From: Octopus vulgaris
Taxonomy: Eukaryota
Assembly: GCA_951406725.2 (NCBI GenBank)
Contig: OX597819.1
Span: 118,048,001-118,112,000 of the forward strand
DNA: 64,000 nucleotides
Direction of reading: 5' to 3'
Under the pieces are notes generated by a model. That model did not search any database. It saw nothing but the letters and a program-made list of their open reading frames with translations, and was not told the origin of the DNA. The position numbers and the translations under genes are program-made. This document shows positions 28,194 to 40,112 of the stretch, in pieces (position 1 is the stretch's first letter; every line of letters starts with the position of its first letter).

Positions 28194-28334
28194 AAGTAGC
28201 TTGATAACCAACCACATGGTTGTGATTTCAGTCTCACTGCGTAGCACCTTGTGCAAGTGTCTTTTACTCTAGCCTCGGGCTGACCCAAAGCCTTATGAAT
28301 GGATTTGTTAGAGGGAAACTGAAAGAAGCCCGTC
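28194..28334 (+). mobile_element. SINE family A, segment 2
   Basis: aagtagcttgataaccaaccacatggt...gcctcgggctgacccaaagcc...gaaactgaaagaagcccgtc; stops where the internal (TA)n normally begins. Confidence 0.85.
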
Positions 28335-31300
28335 TTGAGATCCAGCGAGCCATCACCAACCATCTATGCAAATCACAAGGACCACTCACCCATTACCAAC
28401 TTCCCTTACCTCGACATTCCTGTTAAATGTACGTGGCATCAACCCATCAATTATTGCCCAAAAATGGAAGATCCCATATATAGAGAGTTGGCTTGCCGAA
28501 ATGGCACATTGCTTCCTTTCTTTATCCTTACCGAGACTCACCTGAACAACACCCATATGGACGCAGAGGTGAAAATAAAAGATTTCACCATTGTTCGTGC
28601 GGATCGCACAGACCGAAATAAAGGAGGGACAGCCATCTTTATCCACGACTCCTTTTCACTTGATGCCAAGGACACATTTTCCAATGGCTACTGTGAATCG
28701 GTATCAGTATACAACAAAGCCAATGACATAACCATTGTTGGTCTTTACAGGCCTCCCGAGGCACCTCTAAAGTACTTTGAAGAGTGCCTTAGCAAAGTCA
28801 AGTCCTTCCTTCGGAAGTACCACTCCGGAAACATAATAGTGATGGGTGATTTTAACCTCCCTCATGTGAACTGGCCCACAAATACTCCGAAGTTAGGCAA
28901 GTGCTCTACATCAGATAGGGCAGCAGCAGAACTGCTCTTTAATCTGATGGATGAGTATTTCCTGACTCAGCTAGTGCTTGAACCAACGAGACAGAATAAA
29001 ACGATCTTGGATCTGGTACTGACCAATCACTCTAGCTACGTTCACAGCATTTCAGTCGAAAAAACTCTCCTCTCAGACCACGACATGGTACTCTGCAATC
29101 TTAATTCCCGACGTATAAAAACCAAACCAGCCAATCCCACTCCATGGCACCCATTTGACAACATAAATTTCCACAAAGCGGACTGGGGAACAATCAGAAA
29201 GGATCTGTCTTCCATCGACTGGTCTTTTACTCTCAATTCCCCTCATATTGAGACCGCGTGGCAGCACTTTGAAACCATTGTCACCGACACATGCTCTAAA
29301 CACGCTCCCAAGAAATCTACTAACACAAACAGAAACCGGCTCCCTAAAAAGAAAAAAACACTCATCAGGCGCATCAAAAGACTCAACAAAAAAATCAACC
29401 AATTAAAATATTCCCACACGCAACATCCACATTCAACAACAATGAAAAGACTAGAGCTGGAAAAACTTCATCTGCAGACTAACATGAAAACCTCCATTGA
29501 AAATCAAAGAGCTGTGGAGGAACAATGGGTAATCAAAAACATCAAACAGAACCCAAAAGTGTTCTATTCTTATGCAAATAAGCATAGAACCACTGTCTCA
29601 CCTATTGGGCCATTGATTGATGAAAACGGCATTCCCCAACACGATGCTAAAGAAATGGCAGAAATACTGCAGAAACAATATTGCTCTGTCTTCAGTGTTC
29701 CCACTGATATTGATGTGAGGGAAACGAACGAAGCTGACTCCCAACACAAAATCGCAGACATAACCTTCACTGCCACCGACATCATAGCAGCAATAAATGA
29801 GGTCAAACATTACTCCGCTGTAGGCCCTGATAGATTTCCCGCCAGTCTCCTGAAGGAATGTAGATATCAACTTGCAGTCCCTCTGACCAACCTCTGGAGA
29901 AACTCATTAGACGCAGGTTATATACCGAATAAGTTTCTATCCCAGTCGGTCATCCCGGTTTTCAAACAGGGAAACAGATCCCTCGCAGTCAACTATCGCC
30001 CAATCTCACTCACCTCCCACATCATTAAAGTGTTTGAAAGAGTGTTAAGATCAAGGATAGCTGACTTCCTGGAGACCCACAAACTCCTAAATTCAAATCA
30101 ACATGGCTTTCGCTGTGGCAGGGACTGTCTAACACAGCTCTTACACCACATTGAAGATGTACTCAAAGCCTTGGGAACAGGTTCGAACTCTGACGTCATA
30201 TACCTTGACTTCAGTAAAGCGTTCGACAGGGTAGACCATAACATCCTACTCTCAAAATTGGCAAATGTTGGAATCCGTGGAAAAGTTCTACACTGGATTC
30301 AGTATTTCCTAGCGAATAGAACACAACATGTTGTAGTTGATGGAGTCCACTCAAACCCAGCAAAAGTCACCAGCGGTGTTCCCCAGGGAACTGTTTTGGG
30401 TCCGCTACTCTTCATAATTTATGTAAACGACCTTTCCAGTGTCGTACATCACTGCAAAGTGAAAATATTCGCTGATGACACTAAGCTCCAGCAAATCGTC
30501 AATGAAGAAGCAGACCGAACTCAACTCCAGTCTGACCTATATGCTGTGAGTCAATGGGCAGACAGAAACAAAATGCAACTGAATGAGGGAAAATTTGAGC
30601 TGATGCATTTTGGAAGAAATTCCTCACTAAAACAACCATACTCTCTTCCTTCAGGGGAACCGCTCACAGCCTCTAACAATATCAGAGACCTGGGTGTAAT
30701 TGTTGATGACGATCTCAGTTGGAGTGCACACATCAACAAGAAGGTCGATACAGCTCGTAGGATGAGTTCCTGGATCTTAAGAACTTTCCGGTCCAGAGAA
30801 CAAGGTGTCATCATACCACTTTTTTCATCCTTTGTACGGCCACACCTTGAATACTGCTGCCCACTGTGGTCTCCTCACACAAGACAAAACATCTCCAGAA
30901 TTGAGTCACCCCAGAGGGCTCTCACTAAACAAATTGAAGGCATGGCTGCTCTCGACTATTGGGATCGCCTTAAAGCCTTGAAACTTTACTCCCTCCAGCG
31001 TCGCCGTGAGCGGTACATCATTTGTACGATGTGGAAAATATACCGCCAACTTTGCCCAAACGACCTAAACATTAGCTTCAAGGTTCATCCGAGACTTGGA
31101 CCACGGGCTATACGTCCGCTGCCAAATTCAAGATCACAACATACATGTACACTGCAACATAATTTCTTTTCCTCAACAGGCCCTGCCCTATTTAACATTG
31201 TCCCGAGGGAGATCAAAGAGGAAAAGGATCCCATCAACTTCAAACAGAGTCTGGATGGATTCCTTCAAAGAATACCAGACAAGCCACCCATAATTGGATA

Positions 31301-31437
31301 CAACTCACCCAACAAGAACTCACTACTTGAACAAAACTTGACTTAAACAGGATTCGAATAATCCTATCAGGTGGTGCTATTAAGTTAGACATGGCCTGGA
31401 CCAATCTCTGGTCGAAACATATCTAAGTTTTATCTAA

Positions 31438-31441
<4 letters not shown>
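28335..31441 (+). mobile_element. CR1-group LINE, 5'-truncated just upstream of ORF2
   Basis: APE+RT ORF, short 3' UTR with stem-loop gacca-atctc-tggtc, tail (TATCTAAGTTT)x2 at 31420-31441; flanked by consecutive SINE segments. Confidence 0.92.
28366..31346 (+). CDS. LINE ORF2: APE endonuclease + reverse transcriptase (CR1 group), one apparent frameshift near 28499
   Basis: EN motifs LNVRG (+1 frame from ATG 28366), ILTETHL, YRPP, GDFN, LDLVLTN, SDH; RT motifs YRPISLTS, NQHGFR, YLDFSKAFDRVDH, SGVPQGTVLGPLLF, FADDTK, DLGV; C-terminal RPHLEYC..WSP and LYSLQRRR. No internal stops after the shift. Confidence 0.93.
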
Positions 31442-31490
<49 letters not shown>

Positions 31491-31682
31491 GTGCCCTCTC
31501 CCCGATCATCGCTTGACAACCGATGTTGGTGTATTTACCTTTCTGTAACGTAGCTGTTCGGGAAAACTGACCTATAAAATAAGTACTAGGCTTACAAGGA
31601 ATAAGTCGTGTGGTCGATTTGTTTGACCAAAGGCAGTGCTCCATCATGGCCGCAGTCAAATGACTGAAATAAATAAACGAAT
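31442..31682 (+). mobile_element. SINE family A, segment 3
   Basis: (TA)n then catcgcttgacaaccgatgttggtg...ggcagtgctccatcatggccgcagtcaaatgactgaaa. Confidence 0.85.
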
Positions 31683-33671
31683 ATATTTGTAGATGAATTT
31701 ATGACTTTGCATGTATCATTATCGATCCATGTAAGTACTTTTATATGATTATGTGTCGTCAAATATATAATATAAGTTTTTCTCAGCTATTCATTTTTTA
31801 GTTCCTATAAGATGCTGATTGTGTACTTTAATGCAGTGACAACTCAGGAACTTCAATTGATGTTTCAATATGAGACAATATAAAAACGAAGAAATGAAAT
31901 ACGTAGCCAGTTACACCGACGTAAACACGTACATATGGGCATGTTAGCGTTCATATTTACTTCACTACGTAAACTTTCTTAATAATGACATATATTCAAA
32001 TACGAAGCAAAGCACATAGGTTTGCGAAATAGCATATCTACCCGGACACCTCTTAACTTTAATATATTCTAATTCCTATCCACATGCACATTTACACACA
32101 CTCAACGCAAATACATGCGTTCAAATTAATGCGTGTGCCTCTTTGAGTGCGTGTATAAGTATGTATATATGAAGTATGCTTCTGTGCGTGTACATACAAT
32201 AAATATGGATGCATTTTTATACACTGATATTAATGTAGAACATAAACACACTTGCATAGATCAATACAGACAAATGCAAATATGTACTTCAAAGTATACA
32301 CACACTAACAAACATATTCAAACACGTAATGACGCATACCCATCAGTGTGAATACATGCACACATGTACAACTGTTACACCTCGTCACACGCATATATCT
32401 GCAATATAAAAATAGATGAAAACGAAAATATGAAACACTAAAATCTATAAGTTCCTCGAGGCTATGAAATTTATGTGAAACACGAAATACGGAGAGTAAA
32501 ATTTGAGATTATTTAAATATTACACTTCTATTCTCTGCTGAGATTCTTATCGATTTTCAATGTAATTATTTCGTCCCAAGTTTTGCAGAAAGTATCACAT
32601 TATATAGAGTAGGCTGTATTTAAGTTGAGTCTCTTTGTTGCGCTCTAAAGCATCAATTCCTATACATATGTGTACATGCACATTCATGTATAATTGCATA
32701 CGCACCAATATACACACATACACGCACGCTCAATCACATACACAGACACACACGCAAACAAACACACACATACAAACACACACGCATACGCATACACACA
32801 CACACGGATATGAGTATCCACGCACAAGTATTCAGTCATTTAGTAGTCATTGAACAACGTCTTGTAAAATTTGCATTACACTACAAATATCTCTTATTCC
32901 GTAGTTAGTATCTTATCTTCCCTCTATTATCTGAATATCACCGTTGCTGAGATATCAATAACTATAGACTTTCCTAATATAAAGACAAGCTCAATCTTTT
33001 CGAGGGATAGTGAAATCAATTACTTCGACTATAGGAATTCATAGTTGCTTTCCTTTTAGTGCAACCTGACGATTATGAAAACCAAAGTCTGCCTCAGTTG
33101 GATGTAAAGAAATTGGTCAAACGAATTCCACTTAATAAAGACATTTTCCCAGACTGCCTTGAGGATATAATAAATACACTGCATTCAATAACAGTAATAT
33201 TGATGTGAAGCATCGGCAGATCTCCCAAATAGCGTTATATAACGGCCAATTAGAATGGGTTATAATTACGTCGATGATAATTATTCGGTGTCGACAGATG
33301 AAAACAATTCAATAACCAGTTATGAAATACGGGGCACACAACTTTGTCTGCTCCACTTATTTTGTTCATATAGCAGACATAATATCAACAGTTATAATAA
33401 AGTTTTCTAATCTCAAGAGAAGATCAGTGCGCTTTCTAATTTGTGAAAATAACGTGAGCGATCAGAACAAAATGGCACGTCCTAAATTGCTTTCTAACGT
33501 GTGAATTTCAACAAAGTCAAATAGAGTTTCTATTGACAGGATCTTAAAGCCTGATTGCTTTTAAACAGAAAATTCGAAAATAACATGCGCATCTCTCCAA
33601 TTGATAATAATTGAAAATCACATTGTAAATAGTACTCACACACATATATATAAAATTTAACCAGAAATATT

Positions 33672-34846
33672 TTAATAAGTGGTAGGACAGACTTTGTCAG
33701 TAATTACAGCTTTAATTCTCCGAGGAATGGTGCCGCACACAATTTGAATTGTTTCCAAACGTATTTTTGTACATTCTTCTGTTAAAACCGTCTCCAGTTC
33801 TTGTAGCGATGATTGTGGAGCATATCGACTCCTTACTTGCTTTCTTAAAATGCACCATAAATGTTCAATAATGATGAGATCTGGGGACTGTAGTGGCCAG
33901 ATAAGATGTTCAACTTCACGAGAATGTTCCTCATGCCATTCAGTAACGACTTTAGCTGTGTGAATTGGTAAGTTATCATGCTGAAAGATTGCGTTTCCTT
34001 CCGCAAACATCGGATGAATTTGATCCGATAAAATGCTTAGACGTGAATATTAATTCTGCCACGAAGGGAAACCATTTAGCCGGCGGATTTTCAAGATATA
34101 ACCATCCAGATATCACAGATCCTCTTCCATGTTTAACAATTGAAAGAAGGCAGTCTTGGTCAAATGCTTCTTTTGGCTGTCTCCACACTCGACCGGGGGT
34201 CGGCAATATGGTAAAAGATGACACGGCCGAGAAAATATCATTATTTCACGGACCTAGGGGCCATTTCTATAGGTTTCTACTCCAGTCTAAACGCTTTGCA
34301 ACGTCTGTTTTTGAAAGTAATGGTCTCCTGATTGCAGCCCTCCTGTGAAATTCACCTTTGTGCAGCTCCCGTCCAAACTGGGTTCTTGAGGTAGTCATTA
34401 ATATCTGTAGTAATTTTGGGAGCTTTACTTTTGTTATCCTTTCTAACAATTCGCGTAAGAGTTTGACGGCCCCTGTCTAAAAGTTTTGGTTTTCTTCCGG
34501 TGTTTTCATTCCAGGAGGAGGTCTTTCTCAAAGGCCGTCATTATTTTCGAGACAGTACTCCTTGATACACGAAATATTTCGTTTATTTTTGTTACGCTAG
34601 CGCTCGCCATACTAGTACAAACAAATTGACCCATTTGAAAGTCCGATATATCTGTAATTTTAATGAATTTTGATTACCTTTTTCAGATATTATCTGAAAA
34701 GAAACAGCAATTTTAGCAAAACATATTAAGCAACACAGATAATAAATCAAAAACATAACAACAATCAAGCTTCTGACGGTTTTATCGATATTTCAAAATT
34801 ATGATGCTATGATGCTAGGCGTGTCCATTATTTTGGCTAACCCCTG
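33672..34846 (-). mobile_element. Decayed Tc1-family (DD34E-type) transposon
   Basis: Minus strand: GRELHKGEFHRRAAIRRPLL; SSFTILPTPGRVWRQPKEAF...VKHGRGSV; IFQHDNLPIHTAKVVTEW...WPLQSPDLIIIEHLW; TIR-like end TA-CAGGGGTTAGCCAAAATAATGGACAC at 34821-34848. The other TIR was not found. Confidence 0.9.
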
Positions 34847-34862
34847 TATATGTGTGTTGTGT

Positions 34863-34900
<38 letters not shown>

Positions 34901-34901
<1 letters not shown>

Positions 34902-35228
34902 TGCAGGAGTGCTTGTGTGGTAAAAAGCTTGCTTCCCAGCCACTCAGTTCGGGGTTCAGTCCCACTGGGTGGAACCTTGTGCAAGCTTTTTGAAATATGG
35001 CCTCGGGTCGACCAAATCCTTGTGGGTGGATTTGGTAGAGGGAAACTGAAAAGAAATCCGTCGTATATTTATACATGTATTTGTCTGTTCGGGATTATAC
35101 CGTACAGATTATGCAGTAGATACCAGGCTTTCAGACAGTAAATGCTGGTGTCGACGTCTCTGACTAAAGGTGGTGGTCCAGCATGGTGAGAGTCACATCA
35201 GTGAAGTACATAGAACAAGCAAAAGAAG
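34901..35228 (+). mobile_element. Diverged SINE family A with altered middle
   Basis: Head gtgcaggagtgcttgtgtggtaa...ggttcagtcccactg; tail actaaaggtggtggtccagcatgg. Confidence 0.75.
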
Positions 35229-35251
35229 TAATATATATATATACACACAAG

Positions 35252-35289
<38 letters not shown>

Positions 35290-35381
35290 TATATGTGTGT
35301 GTGAGTGTGTGTGTGTATGTATATGTATATGTATATGTATGTATATGTATATGCATATATATATGTGTGTGTGAGTATATA

Positions 35382-35667
35382 TAACTTATAAAAAGGGCAA
35401 AAGAAAAAAAGTCAATGCCAAATATCCCGAAATAGACTTAATCGTCAATATCCATATAATTTATCACTATATAATCTATCATATAATAACCATGTAATTT
35501 ATCACTAGTGATAAATTATATGGTTATTGACGAATAAGTCTATTTCGGCATATTTGGCATTGGAATTTTTTTCTTTTGCCCTTGTTTATAAATTTAACAT
35601 TTACCGGTATTTTTTTTTAATATGCTGGGCATTCATAACATTTTTCCGAAACTTTTATCCTATATTA

Positions 35668-35670
<3 letters not shown>
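35382..35670. repeat. Fold-back element between (TA)n tracts; shorter-hairpin relative at 39556-39698
   Basis: aagggcaaaagaaaaaaa..caatgccaaatat..gaaatagactta.tcgtcaata pairs with tattgacgaataagtctatttcggcatatttggcattg..ttttcttttgccctt; shared tail tttataaatttaac...ggtatttttt...tatattagat. Confidence 0.75.
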
Positions 35671-35706
<36 letters not shown>

Positions 35707-35899
35707 GAAATTTGTAACAAAATGAAAATAGAAACTACACGTTGAAATGTAAGTAGAAAGTAAGTTGAAAAAAGCGAAATTGCACATTGGAAATCAAAAA
35801 ACTAAAGACTTTCTATGAAAAGTAACGATTGATATATACAATTAAATGAATTGAGGTAGGAATAACAGTAATAAAAGTCAATTTTCTGAATTGCTAAAG

Positions 35900-36615
35900 A
35901 GATTCAAAGCATACCGGTTTCCTAAAATTACTGTTTACTGACTTTGAATGCGCACTGATTACCGAACGGTGTCGGGTCTACTAGTCCCTGAATAAAAACA
36001 TTATGTGTAAGGCAGGTTTGTAGTTCTGGATTTGGTATAATTGGGGTAGATATAATACTATAATGTGAATGGTGTATGGGATATATGCGGATTAGTGGTA
36101 TTTAATTGAAGTGCTAGTAATGTTCTGTATTATGCCATGTGTTCATATTGAGTTGTGGCAGATATTTATTTATGAAAGATGCCTCTATTCATTCTATGCT
36201 GTACTGAGGTGTTTTGTGAATATTGATAGAGGGGGAACATTTGGATTAAGGTTCCTTGCACACCTTTATATGTGTTCACTGACCTGTATATTTGTTTATG
36301 GGGGGTGGATGATTTGTTCTTTGTGGAGAGTGGTTTTTCGACGGAGTAATATATCTGTTTGGCGAATATACTGATTACCGCACCCTAAGCAGGTAATGGC
36401 ATAGTTAAGGTAGAACACTACTAACCCTTCAATTATTACTAATAACCCCCATACATCCCATACACCATTGACATTACAATATTATATCTACCCTAATTGC
36501 ACCAAATCCAGAATTACTTAACTCCCTTACACATAATGTTTTTACTCAGGGACTAGTAGACCCGACACTGTCCGGTAATCGGTGCGCATTCAAATTCAGT
36601 GAAACCTGTATGCCT
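35900..36615 (-). mobile_element. 5'-truncated Penelope-like element: GIY-YIG endonuclease remnant flanked by inverted pLTR copies
   Basis: Minus strand from 36409 reads LNYAITCLGCGNQYIRQTDILLRRKTTLHKEQIIHPP*TNIQVSEHI*RCA; inverted arms 35937-36126 and 36412-36600; GAAACCGGTA half-hammerhead at 35912-35921 (minus). Confidence 0.8.
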
Positions 36616-36619
36616 TTCA

Positions 36620-36710
36620 AGAAGATGCTAAATCGTCTTACCAGGAAGAATGTATTCTCAAGTAATTTCAGAGAACAAGTTCTTCGAGGTAACACGATTT
36701 AGCATCTTCT
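36620..36710. repeat. Short fold-back hairpin
   Basis: aagaagatgctaaatcgt.ttacc ... ggtaa.acgatttagcatcttctt. Confidence 0.75.
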
Positions 36711-37019
36711 TATAGCATATTAGGAATCAATTTTGGTGGTTATTCCTCTTATAGATATATATATATATATATATGTAATATAACTTCTTAATGTTCGGAT
36801 TTTGTATGTATGCCAGACCACTGGTTTAAATTTATATTAATTAATTAATAATTAATATTAATTTCTTCCCTCATTATGTAACTTTATTTTTATATACATA
36901 TAATTTTAAAACTAGGATAACATTTTTATAAGAATTTATTAAGTAGTCAGCGTGAAAATCCTTATGAGGTAAAAATTCTTAATTATTCCCTTTAAACATA
37001 TTAATTTATATTAAGGACA

Positions 37020-37237
37020 TTTCTACAGATAAATGCCTCACCGATGAGGGACAGGTAAAATCAAAACAACCATAATAAATACAACGTACCGAACGCGAGG
37101 AAATGGAACTCTAGAAGCGAATGGAACTCTAAGAAATCGTTTCTAGAGTTGCATTCCCCCGCATTCTGTACGCTGTATTTATTATAGTAGTTTTGGCTTT
37201 AAATGTCCTCATAGCATGGGGCATTTATGTGTAGAAA
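37020..37237. repeat. Diverged fold-back element next to (TA)n
   Basis: tttctacagataaatgcc...ataataaatacaacgtac...aactctagaa pairs with ttctagagtt...gtacgctgtatttattat...ggcatttatgtgtagaaa. Confidence 0.7.
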
Positions 37238-37478
37238 CCCAATTATATATATATATATATATATATTTATTGAAATGGATAAATGAATTATCTTGTTACG
37301 GATTATTCAAAATTTAACCGATACCTGGGTAGCAAAAATCACAACAGAAAAAACACGGCTGAGGTTACGACCATGGGGTGTCGCAACCGTGCCTTAGCGC
37401 GGATAATTGAAGTTTTATATATTCAGTGAAGGGAAGAAATGGAGCTGAACGAAGATTCTACAAAATTCCTTTTCATTA

Positions 37479-37562
37479 TTTTCTACACATGTTTCAAAGG
37501 CTGCAAATTTCCAAATTCGGATTGAATAAGGAGACCATTTTGCAGCTTTCTCTTCAGGAAAA
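37479..37562 (-). ncRNA. Type I hammerhead motif with long stem II (family 4)
   Basis: Minus strand ttttc-CTGAAGA-gaaa gctgcaaa...tttgcagc cttt-GAAAC atgt GT-A-gaaaa. Confidence 0.7.
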
Positions 37563-38290
37563 ACCAGGAAGTTAAATCTCCAAACAAATGCGCAGCAAGC
37601 TATTCGAGCAAAACACTCCCTAGGAGCCCATGGTAAGGCACAAAACTGTCTCTCAATGTGCGTTGACGTCAGGGTGGGTGAAGGCCGACGAAAAAGTCCG
37701 TTGGAATAAATCGAGGTCAAACTGCGGTTAAATTTGGTAGGGGAAGAATTCCAGAAAACCAAAGAGTGCGAATATATTCTGTATAACTAATGTTAATGTT
37801 CGAATTGTTTTAAGAATGAAAGCTATCTTATTTGGGTGTGAGAAACTACTTACATTTATGTGTGTGCGCGCCTGTGTATGTGTGGCAGTATGTTAGGAAG
37901 CAGCTAGAGGGAAAATATATTGCAGATATTGTAGGTCAAGCGGCTGATAAAAACCTGTGTCTGTGTGTTCGTCTGTGGTCAGTTTATACACTGATGACTT
38001 GTCAAACAAGGGAAGTATAATCCCTGATATTGTTTCTAAATAAGTAGCAGATCATACGCTAAAAGGGGAGTAATTTCCCTTTACAAATTTAATTCAAAAT
38101 TTTTTTCCAAATTTTTTCCAAATTTTTTTTCTTTTCTTAGGACATCAAGGTGTTAATTATCTTAGGCTTCAATTGTATGCAAGAAATGTGTGCCGCCTCC
38201 AGTGGGGACATCTGAAATAGTTTTGCAAAATCGCGTTAACTAGCTGCCCTCGGGCGAACAAAATGTGAAAAAGTTCAGAGTTGCAGAGAT

Positions 38291-38615
38291 TAAATATTGA
38301 ATTATAAATAAAGTAGCGGATATTTTAAATATATGTTTTGGGTAGACCTATCGGAGGAAGAGAAACGAGTTTTACGATAAAAAATATTCTGAAAAATGTC
38401 AAACTCGAGTGATAGGTTGTCTGTATTTCTGGCGTTCTTCCTAGAGATAATATGATTTGTTTTGATAATCGCCGACTGCGCACACTTGTGCCGATCTACA
38501 TTCAGTGAAGCTTTACTTAGCGTCGAACTGTTATGTTGTACTGCTATTTCCAGCAGAAACTGGTGCCTTGTTATGCCACAATTTCCGATATATATAATAA
38601 AAAATGACACAGACA

Positions 38616-38620
<5 letters not shown>
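38291..38620. repeat. Interspersed repeat, copy 1 of 3 local direct copies
   Basis: Near-identical to 40113-40440; diverged copy at 42605-42862. Confidence 0.9.
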
Positions 38621-38706
<86 letters not shown>

Positions 38707-38867
38707 TATTTTTAAAATCGTAGACTCATCGTAGACGCGCGGTAATAGTCAGACGGGCTCGATATGAATCACGACTATAAGATACCCGAATTTGGTTAAA
38801 CTGCACCGCAAAATGTGGGAGGAGTTAGGAATCTAAATCGAAGGGGACATACACTCACACAACTAGA

Positions 38868-38927
<60 letters not shown>

Positions 38928-38973
38928 CAAATATTTACATATATATATACATATATATATATATATATGTACG

Positions 38974-39002
<29 letters not shown>

Positions 39003-39005
<3 letters not shown>

Positions 39006-39193
39006 GGTCCCGGGTTGATTCGGGGTTAACCACAGTAAATAAGGTACTCAATACATAGCAGAGTAAAATTAATTTATTATATAGAAGGAGTTTACAGGAC
39101 TAGAACTGTTTCATTCATAGAAATCTTCAGGAAGTTCCTGAAGATTTCTCTTGAATGAAACAGTTCTAGTCCTGTAGAAGCTCCTTCTATATA

Positions 39194-39199
<6 letters not shown>
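39003..39199 (-). mobile_element. Fold-back hammerhead element family 1, copy 2
   Basis: Reverse-complement tail gtaggtcccgggttgattcggggttaacc... then the same hairpin; CTGAAGA...GAAACAG...CTGTA present on both strands; (TA)n on both sides. Confidence 0.85.
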
Positions 39200-39256
<57 letters not shown>

Positions 39257-39499
39257 TATATTGTAATACCTCACCTATCGCGGTCTTGACGTTCAACATC
39301 CTAACTCAGAAATGAGTTAAATCTAAAATATACAAATACACATCGGCTGCCACAGAATTCTGATATACTGAGCAGTCCACGATATAAATTTAGATATGTT
39401 AGCCAGAAAATTACGCGCAATGCACTGTGCGCACGATAGGAGAACCGTGATATATTGTGTGCGCGATAGGTAAACAGTGATATGGCGAGGAAATACGGT

Positions 39500-39531
<32 letters not shown>

Positions 39532-39731
39532 TTATATATATATATAATTATACATAACTTTTTAACAAGGGCAAAGTACATTTTTTTCTTTTTGCCCTTG
39601 TTTACAAGTTGTTTATAAATTTAACCTTTAAAGGTATTTTTTAATATGTTGGTCATTGATAAAATTTTTTCGAAAATTTTATCTTATATTAGATATAATT
39701 ATACATATATATATATATACATATATGTTTG

Positions 39732-39793
<62 letters not shown>

Positions 39794-40112
39794 ATATACA
39801 CACATTCACACATACATATAAATGTATGTATATGTGTACAACAAAAATAAGAATATGGTATGAAGAATATCACTGCTTTAATTGTAGAATTTCCCTTACA
39901 AATCCAACAATTGTTTCTGTCGTACAAACATATTTTATTATAGAGATCGTGCGAAGATATGTTTTTCGCAAAATAGACCCAGCAGCACAAATATGAATAT
40001 ATCATCATGATCATCATCATTATTATTATTATTATTATTGTTATTATTATTGTTGTTGTTGTTGCTGTTCTTATTAAAATGCAATATTATTTTTCAGCAA
40101 AAGAAAGCAATG

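Noticed and set aside
26790-31346. Single full-length LINE with ORF1 + ORF2
   Set aside because: A TSD around the ORF1 unit and 140 bp of intervening SINE show two separate insertions.
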